A model generated the notes under the pieces. The model did no database searches and had not been told where the DNA came from. It saw nothing but the letters and a program-made list of their open reading frames with translations. A stretch of DNA of 62,846 nucleotides, the filler included. It is 5 parts of 5 records of this genome, joined end to end, with 100 filler letters (N's around TTAATTAATTAA, not from the genome) between each part and the next. Parts side by side here need not be neighbours in the genome. Positions count along the whole stretch, not along the records: positions 1 to 12,209 come from DRR723986_8987; positions 12,310 to 27,484 come from DRR723986_8993; 3 more parts are not named here. One strand, given 5' to 3'. The position numbers were made by a program, and so were the translations under genes. Below, piece by piece: positions 7,846-16,983 of the stretch; positions within the stretch are counted from its first letter, which is position 1, and each line of letters begins with the position of its first letter.

Positions 7846-10818
7846 TTACACATCAAAGGCGGCGCCGTAGTCTCCCGGGGGTAACTTCAGGGTGAACCGG
7901 GTCCCGGGGTAGGGGCCCTCCAGCAGCGGGCTGGTCAACTGCACGCTGCCCTTCATATCGTCCATGATGCTATAGACAAGGGCCAGCCCCAGGCCGGTGC
8001 CCTGGCCCGGGTCCTTGGTGGTGAAGAAGGGTTCAAACACCCGTTCCTGCAACTCGGGAGAGATGCCGCAGCCGCGATCCTCCACCGTGATCAGGGTGTG
8101 GCCGTTGTCAGCCGCGGCGCTGATTGTGACCCGCTCGCCGTCCTCGGAGGCATCGCGGGCATTGCTCAGCAGGTTGACGAAAACCTGCAGCAGGCGCTGG
8201 CTGTCGGCGGTTACCAGCAGTTCCCGGTCACAGAGGTTATCGAAGGCCACTGTCCGCGCCTGGTGGTCCAGCTGCAGCAGGTGGATGGCCTCATCCACGC
8301 AATCGGCGAGATTGCAGGGCACCAGTTCGCTGCCGCCCCTGCCCGAGCCCAGGTGCGAGAAGTTGACCAGCGACTCCACGATGCGGGTGACCCGTTCGGT
8401 CTGCTTGAGGATATCCTCCCCGGTTTCGCGGATTTCCTCGGGCTTTTCCACGTAGTGCAGGTTCTGGGCAAGGCAGGCGATACCGGTCACCGGATTGCCG
8501 ATCTCGTGCGCCACCCCCGCGGCCAGCCGGCCGATTGAAGCGAGGCGCTCGTTGTGCAGCAGTTCATCCTGCAGGCGTTCCATCTCCGAGATGTCCTCCA
8601 CCAGCACCAGGCGGTCCTCCAGCGGCCCGGAGGGTGTGGTCTTGTGCAGGCTGATCCAGCGTTGGTCTCCGGGACCGGCCTCCACCTCCTGCTTGTCGAT
8701 GGTCTGCGAATCCCGGGCCAGGAAGTCGGTGAATACCTCACGCCAGGGTGAAGCGAGGGAGTGGAGCAGGGAGCCTACCGCCGCGTGCTGGGGAATCCCG
8801 GTGATCTGGGCCATGCTGCGGTTCCACAGCAATACCTCGTCATCAGCGGCCAGCGAGCAGATGCCGACCGGCAGGTCGTCGAGGGTCTGCCGGTAGTGGC
8901 GGCGCAGATTGTCCAGGTCGGCAGCCAGCCCGGTGAACTGGCCCTGAGCCTTGTCGATGCGCCGTTCCAGCAGGTTGAAGTCCTCAGCGCCACCTTGTGG
9001 GTCCGGGCGAAAGGGAATGCTGCGGGTGATGATGTTGAGCGCCACTGACGGCCCGAGCAGGCCCGACAGGTTGGACTCGATGCGGCTGCGCAGGCGGCGC
9101 AGTGCATAGGGTCGTGATTCGCTGGCATCAAATTGCAGCTCCCCCAGCGCACGGTTGACCTCCACCACGGCGGTCTGTCGCCCCAACGCGCTCGCCAGTC
9201 GGTCGACGAATTCCGCCGCAGAGGACACCGCCAGTGCCCGCCGGGCCGGGCGGGCCGCGTCGTCCATCGAGCAGATTTCCGCCGCTACCTGTTCTTCCTC
9301 ACTGGATCGGGTCAACAGGGAAATGGCAACGAACAGGCCCGTGTTCAGCAGCAGGGCGAGGGTGCTGGCCACCGCCCAGGTGCTGTCGTCGCCGCCGAAC
9401 CAGCGGGTGGCGAGCCCCAGGGTCCAGCCCGGCGCCACGCTGGTAAACACCGGTAGCAACAGGGTGACGAACCACACTGCGAGACCGGCAACCAGGCCAG
9501 CCAGGAAGCCGCGGCGGTTGGCTCGTGGCCAGTAGGGTGTGAACACCAGTCCGGGCAGGAACTGGAGCACGCCGCTGAAGGCCACGAAGCCGAGCTCGGT
9601 GAGGGTCTGGCGGCCATTGACCGCGACGAAGAAGATATAGCCGCCCAGGATGAGCACGCTGATCAGCGCCCGGCGCAGCCACTTCAGCTGCACGTACAGG
9701 CTCTGCTCGCTGTCCAGTTGCAGGATGCGGCGAGGCAGTACCAGGTGATTCAGGCACATATTGGCCAGCGCCAGGGTGGTGACGATGATGGTCGCGCTGG
9801 CGGCCGACAAGCCGGCGGCAAACGCGGCGGCGCTGGCGCCGACAGATTCCAGGGCCAGGCCGATTGCCAGACCGGTGTACTCAACCGGCAGCGCCTGTTC
9901 CAGACGCATGCCGGCCCAGGTGACAGGCAGGATCGGCAGGCTCAGCAGCAGCAGGTATAGCGGCAGGCCCCAACTCGCCGAGCGCAGGTGACGACTCTCG
10001 GTGTTTTCGGCGAAGGCCATATGGAAAATATGCGGCATGCAGATGGCACCCGCGAAAAACACCAGCAACATGCTGCGCGCGACATCCGCTTCCAGCGGCC
10101 GCTGCATGGCATCGATCACGTCGGGTCGGGTGAGCAGCCAGGCCTGCAGGCCATCAAAACCGCCGAACACACCGGTCACGGCCAGCCCCATGACGGCCAG
10201 CATCGCGCCCAGCTTGACCAGCGACTCGAAGGCGATGGCGGTAACCAGCCCCCGGTTGCGATTCGGGTTAGCCGCGTTGCGGGTGCCAAAAAGAATGGAA
10301 AACGCAGTGATGATGATGCAGAACAGCAGCGCCAGTCCGTCCTGGCGGTCCGCCGCCGGCAGCAGGCTCTCGGTGTCGCCGGCGAGAATATGGATGCTGT
10401 CCGCCACCGCCTGTATCTGCAGGGCCAGCAGGGGCATCAGGGTCAGGCACATGGCCACTGTTACCGCGGCTCCTACCCAGTCGCTGCGGAACCGGAAAGT
10501 CAGCACATCGGCGAGGGAAGCCAGCTGGTAGACCCGGCACAGGCGCAGGATGGGAAGGAGCAGCAGGGTGGCCATCAGGTACATCAGCACCGCGCCAGCG
10601 TAGTACAGCAGGTAGCTTTGGCCATATTGCGCCGCCAGGGCAAACACACCGTTGGTCGCCAGGGCTCCGCCAAATACTCCAAGCGAGAGCACGTACACGG
10701 CGGGGTGGGTCAGCACCTTATTCGGGATAACACCGCGGTCGGCCAGGTGCGCCACCATGAACAGCACGGACAGGTAGGCGATGATCGCCAGCAGGATCTG
10801 GCCGAGGCTAAAGCTCAT
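7846..10818 (-). CDS. cbrA: Solute-symporter-like/PAS/histidine kinase sensor CbrA
   Basis: Multi-TM SLC5-like N-terminus, AGVAHEIGNP H-box, EPFFTTKDPGQGTGLGL; ATG 10818 overlaps the cbrX 3' end. Confidence 0.92.
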   Translation of the reverse strand: MSFSLGQILLAIIAYLSVLFMVAHLADRGVIPNKVLTHPAVYVLSLGVFGGALATNGVFALAAQYGQSYLLYYAGAVLMYLMATLLLLPILRLCRVYQLASLADVLTFRFRSDWVGAAVTVAMCLTLMPLLALQIQAVADSIHILAGDTESLLPAADRQDGLALLFCIIITAFSILFGTRNAANPNRNRGLVTAIAFESLVKLGAMLAVMGLAVTGVFGGFDGLQAWLLTRPDVIDAMQRPLEADVARSMLLVFFAGAICMPHIFHMAFAENTESRHLRSASWGLPLYLLLLSLPILPVTWAGMRLEQALPVEYTGLAIGLALESVGASAAAFAAGLSAASATIIVTTLALANMCLNHLVLPRRILQLDSEQSLYVQLKWLRRALISVLILGGYIFFVAVNGRQTLTELGFVAFSGVLQFLPGLVFTPYWPRANRRGFLAGLVAGLAVWFVTLLLPVFTSVAPGWTLGLATRWFGGDDSTWAVASTLALLLNTGLFVAISLLTRSSEEEQVAAEICSMDDAARPARRALAVSSAAEFVDRLASALGRQTAVVEVNRALGELQFDASESRPYALRRLRSRIESNLSGLLGPSVALNIITRSIPFRPDPQGGAEDFNLLERRIDKAQGQFTGLAADLDNLRRHYRQTLDDLPVGICSLAADDEVLLWNRSMAQITGIPQHAAVGSLLHSLASPWREVFTDFLARDSQTIDKQEVEAGPGDQRWISLHKTTPSGPLEDRLVLVEDISEMERLQDELLHNERLASIGRLAAGVAHEIGNPVTGIACLAQNLHYVEKPEEIRETGEDILKQTERVTRIVESLVNFSHLGSGRGGSELVPCNLADCVDEAIHLLQLDHQARTVAFDNLCDRELLVTADSQRLLQVFVNLLSNARDASEDGERVTISAAADNGHTLITVEDRGCGISPELQERVFEPFFTTKDPGQGTGLGLALVYSIMDDMKGSVQLTSPLLEGPYPGTRFTLKLPPGDYGAAFDV

Positions 10819-10984
10819 CGGACTGCCGGCTGCGCTGGTTCCAGTAGGCCGCGGCGATGGCCAGCAACCAGAGCAGGTAGGGCCGGTACCAGCTGGTTTC
10901 CTCGGTGAACAGCCACTCCGCAAAACTGGGGTAGAAGATCGCCACCAGGGCGGCTACCAGCAGCAGGGCCCTATTGATGTACAT
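10808..10984 (-). CDS. cbrX: CbrX small membrane peptide (58 aa)
   Basis: Read by hand, below the ORF-track cutoff: MYINRALLLVAALVAIFYPSFAEWLFTEETSWYRPYLLWLLAIAAAYWNQRSRQSDEL; WYRPYLLW and the terminal DEL resemble Pseudomonas CbrX; overlaps the cbrA start. Confidence 0.85.
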   Translation of the reverse strand: MYINRALLLVAALVAIFYPSFAEWLFTEETSWYRPYLLWLLAIAAAYWNQRSRQSDEL

Positions 10985-11076
10985 GGGTGGCGGTCCTCGG
11001 GATCAAGGAGCCTGGCAAGCAGGCTCCGCGGTTGCACGGCCGCAGGGGGAAGGCCCTCGGCACAGGCCGATACTAC

Positions 11077-11994
11077 TCAAGGGGTCCCGGTGGGTAAAGT
11101 CGGGGCATTCCTGCCGCTGATGCCCATCACCCGCGGCACCCGGTTTCGGTCCCAGGCCTTGCTGGCGCAGGCCAGTAGCTCGCCGGGCTGGACCAGTTCG
11201 TCAGCTGGTGCGGCCTGGCCGAGAAAGGCGAGGGCGGCCCGCAGGTTCGCCGCGCAGCGGCGGTCATCCAGCGCTGGTGCGCCATTTTGTTTGCTTAGCT
11301 TGCTGCCGTCAGCGCCGATGATCACCGGGATATGACCGTATTCCGGCGCTGCCAGGCCCAGTACAGCCATCAGGAACAGCTGTCTCGGGGTGGAATCTAG
11401 CAGGTCCGAGCCGCGGATCACGTGGCTGATACCTTGTGCCGCATCGTCCACGGCCACCGCGAGTTGGTAGGCGTAGAGGCCGTCTTTGCGTCGCACCACA
11501 AAGTCGGGCAGGTCGCGCCCCAGTGGCCACTGCTGTCTGCCCTGGATCAGGTCGCAGAGGGTGATTTCGGTTGCGGGGGGCACCGACACCCGCAGCGAGA
11601 ATGCCGCCTCTACCTGTGCCTGGCGCGGACTGCAGCGGCCATTGCAGCAGCCATCCGGGCCCAGCATCTGGCGTGTGCAGTCGCAGTGAAACAGGTGCTT
11701 GCGGGCCGCAAGTTCCGACAGCGCCGCCTCGTAGGCTTCGCTGCGTTCCCCCTGCCACACCACATCGCCATCCCATTCCAGGCCGTGCGCTTCCAGGCTG
11801 CGCAGGATGGCGCTGGCGGCCCCTGCTTGCTCCCTGGGTGGGTCCAGATCTTCCATACGTAGCAGCCATTGTCCGCCGTGGTGACGGGCATCCAGGTAGC
11901 TGGCGACGGCGGCAATGAGGGAGCCCTGGTGAAGCGGGCCGGTGGGCGAGGGGGCAAAGCGCCCCCGGTACAGATTGGTGTTGGAGTCAGGCAC
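11077..11994 (-). CDS. gluQ: Glutamyl-Q tRNA(Asp) synthetase
   Basis: GRFAPSPTGPLH, LRMEDLDPPRE, YAYQLAV, KLSKQN; no anticodon-binding domain; follows dksA. Confidence 0.93.
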   Translation of the reverse strand: MPDSNTNLYRGRFAPSPTGPLHQGSLIAAVASYLDARHHGGQWLLRMEDLDPPREQAGAASAILRSLEAHGLEWDGDVVWQGERSEAYEAALSELAARKHLFHCDCTRQMLGPDGCCNGRCSPRQAQVEAAFSLRVSVPPATEITLCDLIQGRQQWPLGRDLPDFVVRRKDGLYAYQLAVAVDDAAQGISHVIRGSDLLDSTPRQLFLMAVLGLAAPEYGHIPVIIGADGSKLSKQNGAPALDDRRCAANLRAALAFLGQAAPADELVQPGELLACASKAWDRNRVPRVMGISGRNAPTLPTGTP

Positions 11995-12016
11995 GTTGGG
12001 GAGGAACCCCGGGGCG

Positions 12017-12209
12017 TCAACCCATCTCCTGCTTTTCCTTGATTTCGTCCAGCGTCTTGCAGTCGATGCACAGGGACGCAGTGGGGCGTGCTTCCAGGCG
12101 CTTGATGCCGATGTCCACGCCGCAGGCATCACAGAAACCGTAGTCGTCCTGGTCGATGCGCTCGATGGTGCTGTCGATTTTTTTGATCAGCTTGCGCTCG
12201 CGATCACGG
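12017..12209 (-). CDS. dksA: DksA, C-terminal part (truncated by contig end)
   Basis: Read by hand: [12 protein letters not shown]...[38 protein letters not shown], a 4-Cys zinc finger. Confidence 0.93.
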
Positions 12210-12309
12210 NNNNNNNNNNNNNNNNNNNNNNNNNNNNNNNNNNNNNNNNNNNNTTAATTAATTAANNNNNNNNNNNNNNNNNNNNNNNNNNNNNNNNNNN
12301 NNNNNNNNN
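12210..12309. other. Artificial contig spacer
   Basis: N44-TTAATTAATTAA-N44, which gives stops in all six frames. Confidence 0.99.
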
Positions 12310-13899
12310 GTACTGCCACTGGCTGCCATCGGGGCGAATTTCGCCGAGCAAACGGCCCGCCAGATCAACCCGGCGCTGGTGCATCCGCCCGTCCGGAAAC
12401 ATCTCTTTGGTGCAGAATCCCAGCTCGTTGTATTGCCACCGGTGCCTGCGGCCATCGGGTTCAACGGTTTCGACTTTGCGGCCTTTCTCGTCGTAATGAT
12501 GGTGCGTCTGGGTACCATCAGGGCGAGTTTCCTGCACCAACCGGCCCAGACCATCGTAGGCCCATTGCCAGAGCGCGCCATCCGGGTCCTGCCGCGCGAC
12601 AATGCGACCGCTATTGTCGTAGTGGAACACCTGGGTGTTGCCGTGAGCGTCGTGCACTCGGGTGAGGAAGCGCTCTGGCTGGTACTCGAACCGAAAATCA
12701 TGATGCCCCTGTTCACCGCGGCTACGCAGGCAGCGCGCATCCGGGCCATGGCCTTGCCATTCGAAGCGGAACGTGTAACCAGTAGGCAGCTCCCGGTAGT
12801 TGAGCAGGTGGCCTTGATACTGGTATTGCTCGGTGCCGTGGTCGCTTTCCGCGCGCAGCAGGTTGCCCTGCTCATCATAACTGTACCGGGCCAGCAGGCG
12901 CTCGTTCTCGCCTCTCTCATTCAGGGATATCGTTTGAACCAGATCCGGGTGGTGTTTGTGGTAGCCCAGCTCCAGGCTGATTCCGGCATTCAACTGAATG
13001 CCGACCAGACGGGCGCCCGCATCGTAGTGGAATCGCCACTGCTGACCCAACAGGTTCTGAACACTCACTGGCAACCAGGTGCGGCTGTCCATGGTGGCCA
13101 ATATCCAGGCGCGGCCATCGGCCTCAGTAAGCACCATCTGGTTATCGCGCCGTCGCTCTACCCGTAAGCCGGTATGCACCTGCCAGGTGACTTCACCAGG
13201 CTTCAGGGCGTCCATAACCAGTGAACGGGCATCACCATCGACAATCCAAAGCCGATCATCCTCCAGCACAGCCCGGCGCAACCCGGTCATCACCCAACCG
13301 GCACCCAGGCCCAGCTGACGGTCACAATAGCCAGAGCGGTAACGCCGCACCCAGTGCAGGGGCATCGCACCTTGAATAACAAAGTCTTCAATATCGAGGA
13401 TTTCTTCACCGGAAACCGGGGCTACCGGGTCACCCTGGCACTGCATATCATCGGTACTGGCTCCCGGGTCACCGGTATCCGCTGCTTTTGGCGCGGAATC
13501 GGCCGGTGCAGCTGATGAGCTTGCAGACGCACCGGCCTGGCCCGTTCGCGCGCTGTCACTGTCACCACCAGCCCCGCCGCCACCGCCCTCACTCGGCGGC
13601 AACTTGTCAACCGGGACACGGTAGATAGCCAACTGGCCTTCACGGAGCATCTGCGCAACATGACGAAACAACAGATCGCTGTTGTTGGCAACATGCAGTG
13701 ATACACCATGGGCCTGAAGTATGCCCAGCCACTGGGGGTTTTCCGTAGCAAAGCCTGAACTGAAACGGCTCCGCAGCCATTGCGCCCAGCTCTCGTTGTC
13801 TGACGGGTTCTCCGGCGCACTGGGGCCTTCATAAGTATCAGGCCGCACAATGATATATCGGTATCCGTCCGCGCCGTTGATCTGTATTTGACTCGCCAT
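12310..13899 (-). CDS. Rhs/YD-repeat protein with DUF6531-like domain (toxin end missing at contig break)
   Basis: GDPVAPVSGEEIL...WVRRYRS...LGAGW, followed by YD repeats (YDAGARL, YDEQGNL, YDGLGRL). Confidence 0.9.
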
Positions 13900-13973
13900 G
13901 TTTGCGCAATCCTTGCCCTGCTGCTGTCCGATAACCTACTGGCTGTATTGCCGAAAGCGGTTTGACTACCGGG

Positions 13974-14435
13974 TTACTGGCACTTGACTGTGCCAAAGCG
14001 ATCGCCGGTAATCGGCAACCGGCATTCCATGTTTATTTCTCCGGCGGCCGTTTTTCGGATGTATTCAATTCTGAATCGAAATTCCGGCTCCTCCGGGCTG
14101 AATTGAATGTCGGAAAAACCCGCATAAGCGGTGTTTTCAAACGCCAGCCGGTGTCCATCCGGTAATACCACGTCACACACGTCCTGCTGATCAACTATCC
14201 GCCAGTTCTCATCAGCGCTTATCGCCTCGAACCGCAGGCAAGGATAGTCGCTCTCGGTGTTGAAACGGGTATAGCGCCAGAGCAGTGCACCATGGCGGAT
14301 TACCCGAACCTCCATGGCTCGGCTATCAACTTCCGGTGTTGCGCGGTCAGGCGGGCCACCTGCAAAGAGCAGGAATGGCAGGCTGCCGAGCAATACTGCA
14401 AAAAACCACTGGAATACAACAATCTGACGGTTCAT
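13974..14435 (-). CDS. Exported hypothetical protein, candidate immunity for the upstream muramidase
   Basis: Hydrophobic N-terminal signal-like segment, four Cys, directly downstream of the pesticin-like gene. Confidence 0.6.
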   Translation of the reverse strand: MNRQIVVFQWFFAVLLGSLPFLLFAGGPPDRATPEVDSRAMEVRVIRHGALLWRYTRFNTESDYPCLRFEAISADENWRIVDQQDVCDVVLPDGHRLAFENTAYAGFSDIQFSPEEPEFRFRIEYIRKTAAGEINMECRLPITGDRFGTVKCQ

Positions 14436-14467
14436 TGATCTGTCTTTCCGTTGGTAGGCCGGCGGTC

Positions 14468-15334
14468 TCACTGAAGGTAACGAACGCGCCGCTGAAACCG
14501 ATCGCCGGGAACAGAGTTCCATAGCCCCGCATTACCAATAACCTGGCGGAATGCGTTCAGGTCGTTGGCGACAACCGTTGGCTGAACATGCCTCCGGGTT
14601 GATCCGGTGTAGTCCCCCCGGAATCTCAAATCTACCAATGTGTCACGAATACGGGGGTCCAGTGCCTGCCAATTGGTTGTGCCATAGCGCTCCAGTACGT
14701 CCTGTTTACCGCAAATACGGATTACATCCTGCTCCATAGCTGCATACACGGTCTCAAACAGATGCAGTTGAACGCTGGCGCTTATCTCAAAATCCAGGAG
14801 ATCATTGTCGACGATGAACTGCTCAGCGGCAGAGCCGGCCATACGAGCCGCACCGGCAATCGTTGATGACTGAGCAGCCGGCAAGCCGGCGGCGGCAAGG
14901 TCTCGTGTGACCTCCGCCCGGGATCGCTCGCGCAAATCGTAACCTCTGCCCACAGTCAGCCCGGAAGACGCCGAGGGCACATGCAGGATACGGCTGTGGT
15001 AACGCCCACCTTCCTGACCTTCGGCTTCCCAGGTCAATCTTCCCTTTGTCGGTGGCACGACAGCGACCGTGGTGCGGGCACCGGCAAGTGTCTCTTTCAG
15101 CCAACGCCAGGTCTGACTGTTGGCGGAAACCAGCCCGGAAGCGACGCTCACACCCCTGTCGTTCTGATACCGGGCGATGGCCGTTTCCAACTCAGCACCG
15201 GGAGTGGCATCTATTGGCAAAACCGTTTGCGACTGCTGGCGACGATGTACATTCAACAATGCACGCACCAGCTTCACATCAGTGGCCCTATTCACGCCCC
15301 CACGGCCAACACTGCCGGTCAGCTGCAATTTCAT
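14468..15334 (-). CDS. Peptidoglycan-binding-like domain plus pesticin C-terminal (T4-lysozyme-like) muramidase, likely T6SS effector
   Basis: N-terminal SVGRGGVNRATDVKLVRALLN; LTWEAEG...LHVPSASSGLTVGRGYDL and LVDLRFRGDY. Confidence 0.8.
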   Translation of the reverse strand: MKLQLTGSVGRGGVNRATDVKLVRALLNVHRRQQSQTVLPIDATPGAELETAIARYQNDRGVSVASGLVSANSQTWRWLKETLAGARTTVAVVPPTKGRLTWEAEGQEGGRYHSRILHVPSASSGLTVGRGYDLRERSRAEVTRDLAAAGLPAAQSSTIAGAARMAGSAAEQFIVDNDLLDFEISASVQLHLFETVYAAMEQDVIRICGKQDVLERYGTTNWQALDPRIRDTLVDLRFRGDYTGSTRRHVQPTVVANDLNAFRQVIGNAGLWNSVPGDRFQRRVRYLQ

Positions 15335-16170
15335 TCACCCAACTCCCTGTTATTCATGATTAACTCGATCACGGGCTTGTTTGTTATTTGCCAGGATCGA
15401 TCCGTCCTGTTCTGAGAAACCGCAATAACCCCTGCCAACGCGCTGTCTCTGTCCAGCAGCAGCAATGCACCCGGCAAACTCCAGTCACCGAGCCGATATC
15501 CGTCCAGCAGCCAATACAATCCCCACAAACCACCCAGAACGCCGGACGAAGGCAATAGCGACTCTGGAAATTCCCAACGCAACTGAGGCTGGTTCCATTG
15601 ACGGAGCCTTCCAAGGAAGGGCATCAAACGATCCAGGCCGGAATCCCGGGGATAGTCCGGGCAAACCAGCAGCTCGATAGCTGGAACAGCATGCTGAGCC
15701 CTTTCCAACAGGTCCCCCAGATCATTAACGCCGTCAATACGCCCATCCACGGCGCTGAAACAAACCTGCGGCCCGGAACCCGGCGCCAGGGTCAGTGCCA
15801 GCAACTGGAGATCGGAGCCACTCTCTGCCGCCAGAATCTGGGCAGGTACACCTGCACGCTGAATGCTCGCCATCGCCAACGCCAGACCGGCGCGCCCGAA
15901 CCCAAACTGTATATCAACGTCATCGAACGCAGACTGCCACATCTCTTTACGGCGCAGCTCTCCGCTTGGCAGAATCACCCAGACTGAGCAATGCTTGGCC
16001 AGAAACGGCCTGAGCTGTTCGGGCGAAAGCTTCATAGTGGCCTCGCATGGCGCTGCAGGCGATTCAAACGGGGCAAACCCCTGATCGAAATAGGCCGTCA
16101 ACTCCTGCCCTGCTACCCGACCGGCCAGCGATACAATCTGCCAACCAGCAGCCTGTCCGGTTGCCGTCAT
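15331..16170 (-). CDS. Divergent ketoacyl-synthase-like T6SS accessory protein
   Basis: Coupled by TAATG overlap downstream of vgrG; weak likeness of the C-terminal half (WEFPESL, GYRLG..PGALLL) to thiolase-fold T6SS accessory proteins. Confidence 0.4.
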   Translation of the reverse strand: MTATGQAAGWQIVSLAGRVAGQELTAYFDQGFAPFESPAAPCEATMKLSPEQLRPFLAKHCSVWVILPSGELRRKEMWQSAFDDVDIQFGFGRAGLALAMASIQRAGVPAQILAAESGSDLQLLALTLAPGSGPQVCFSAVDGRIDGVNDLGDLLERAQHAVPAIELLVCPDYPRDSGLDRLMPFLGRLRQWNQPQLRWEFPESLLPSSGVLGGLWGLYWLLDGYRLGDWSLPGALLLLDRDSALAGVIAVSQNRTDRSWQITNKPVIELIMNNRELGE

Positions 16171-16955
16171 TACCAGTACCCGCCAAATAGTGACCAGGGC
16201 GAGCCTTCCAGCAGCCGCCAGCGAAGTAACCAATGGCGAATTCTCGCCTGCATCTGCTCCCGCTCGCTTGCACTCTGCTGCAGCGCTTCTCCGGCCAGTT
16301 CACTACGATCGTCACCCTGTGCCGCCAGCTCCTGCAGCCAGGGCTTGAATCGCTCCGCCCCGGACACCCCCATGGCTTCCACCAAGGCTTTACTATCAGC
16401 GTTTCCGGCCAGCCAGTTAATCATGCCGGGGTGTAGCGCTTCTGGCAGGTTCAGCATCATCGGGTAGAACCACTCTCGCCATCCATCCCGGCGAATCTGC
16501 CAGAGCGCATCCAGCAGAGCGCGAAGTCCCTGCTCTGTTTGGCTGCCATATTCCTGAATCTTCAACCAGGCCTGCCATTCGGCGGGCAACGAGCTGACTC
16601 GCCCCCGTCGGGCCATCGCCATAGCCACCCATATCTGGCCTTCTGCGTGATCCGGAAATTCACTTGGCAACTCCGCTTCGGTAAACTGTGCGGAAAGCTG
16701 CCACCTGGCTGTCTGGGCAGTGCCTTCTACCAAAAGCTCCTCAACCACGCTGGTTACACTCAATCTTGTTGCCAGCTCCAGTTGTAGTGTTTTGCCCCAG
16801 TCCTCCGACAGGGCAGCCCACGCCTGCGCTGCCAACGCCCCCGGGTACTGCTCGCACCACAAAACCAGTCGACGGTCTTGCTGTCGCAGCAAGACCAGCG
16901 GCAATGAAGGATTGTCGAGCAATGCCTTACGCCGGTTAAGCAATTCCTCAAGCAT
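16170..16955 (-). CDS. Divergent TIGR02270-like T6SS accessory protein
   Basis: Helical Leu/Trp-rich protein right after vgrG; AMGVSG...PWLQEL...LAGEAL resembles the TIGR02270 C-terminal repeat. Confidence 0.45.
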   Translation of the reverse strand: MLEELLNRRKALLDNPSLPLVLLRQQDRRLVLWCEQYPGALAAQAWAALSEDWGKTLQLELATRLSVTSVVEELLVEGTAQTARWQLSAQFTEAELPSEFPDHAEGQIWVAMAMARRGRVSSLPAEWQAWLKIQEYGSQTEQGLRALLDALWQIRRDGWREWFYPMMLNLPEALHPGMINWLAGNADSKALVEAMGVSGAERFKPWLQELAAQGDDRSELAGEALQQSASEREQMQARIRHWLLRWRLLEGSPWSLFGGYW

Positions 16956-16983
16956 GTTCCGTCACCCCTGCAACTGGCATTCC

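Noticed and set aside
12254-12265. TTAATTAATTAA palindrome recurring four times
   Set aside because: Always centred in N-runs; a synthetic six-frame-stop linker, not biology.
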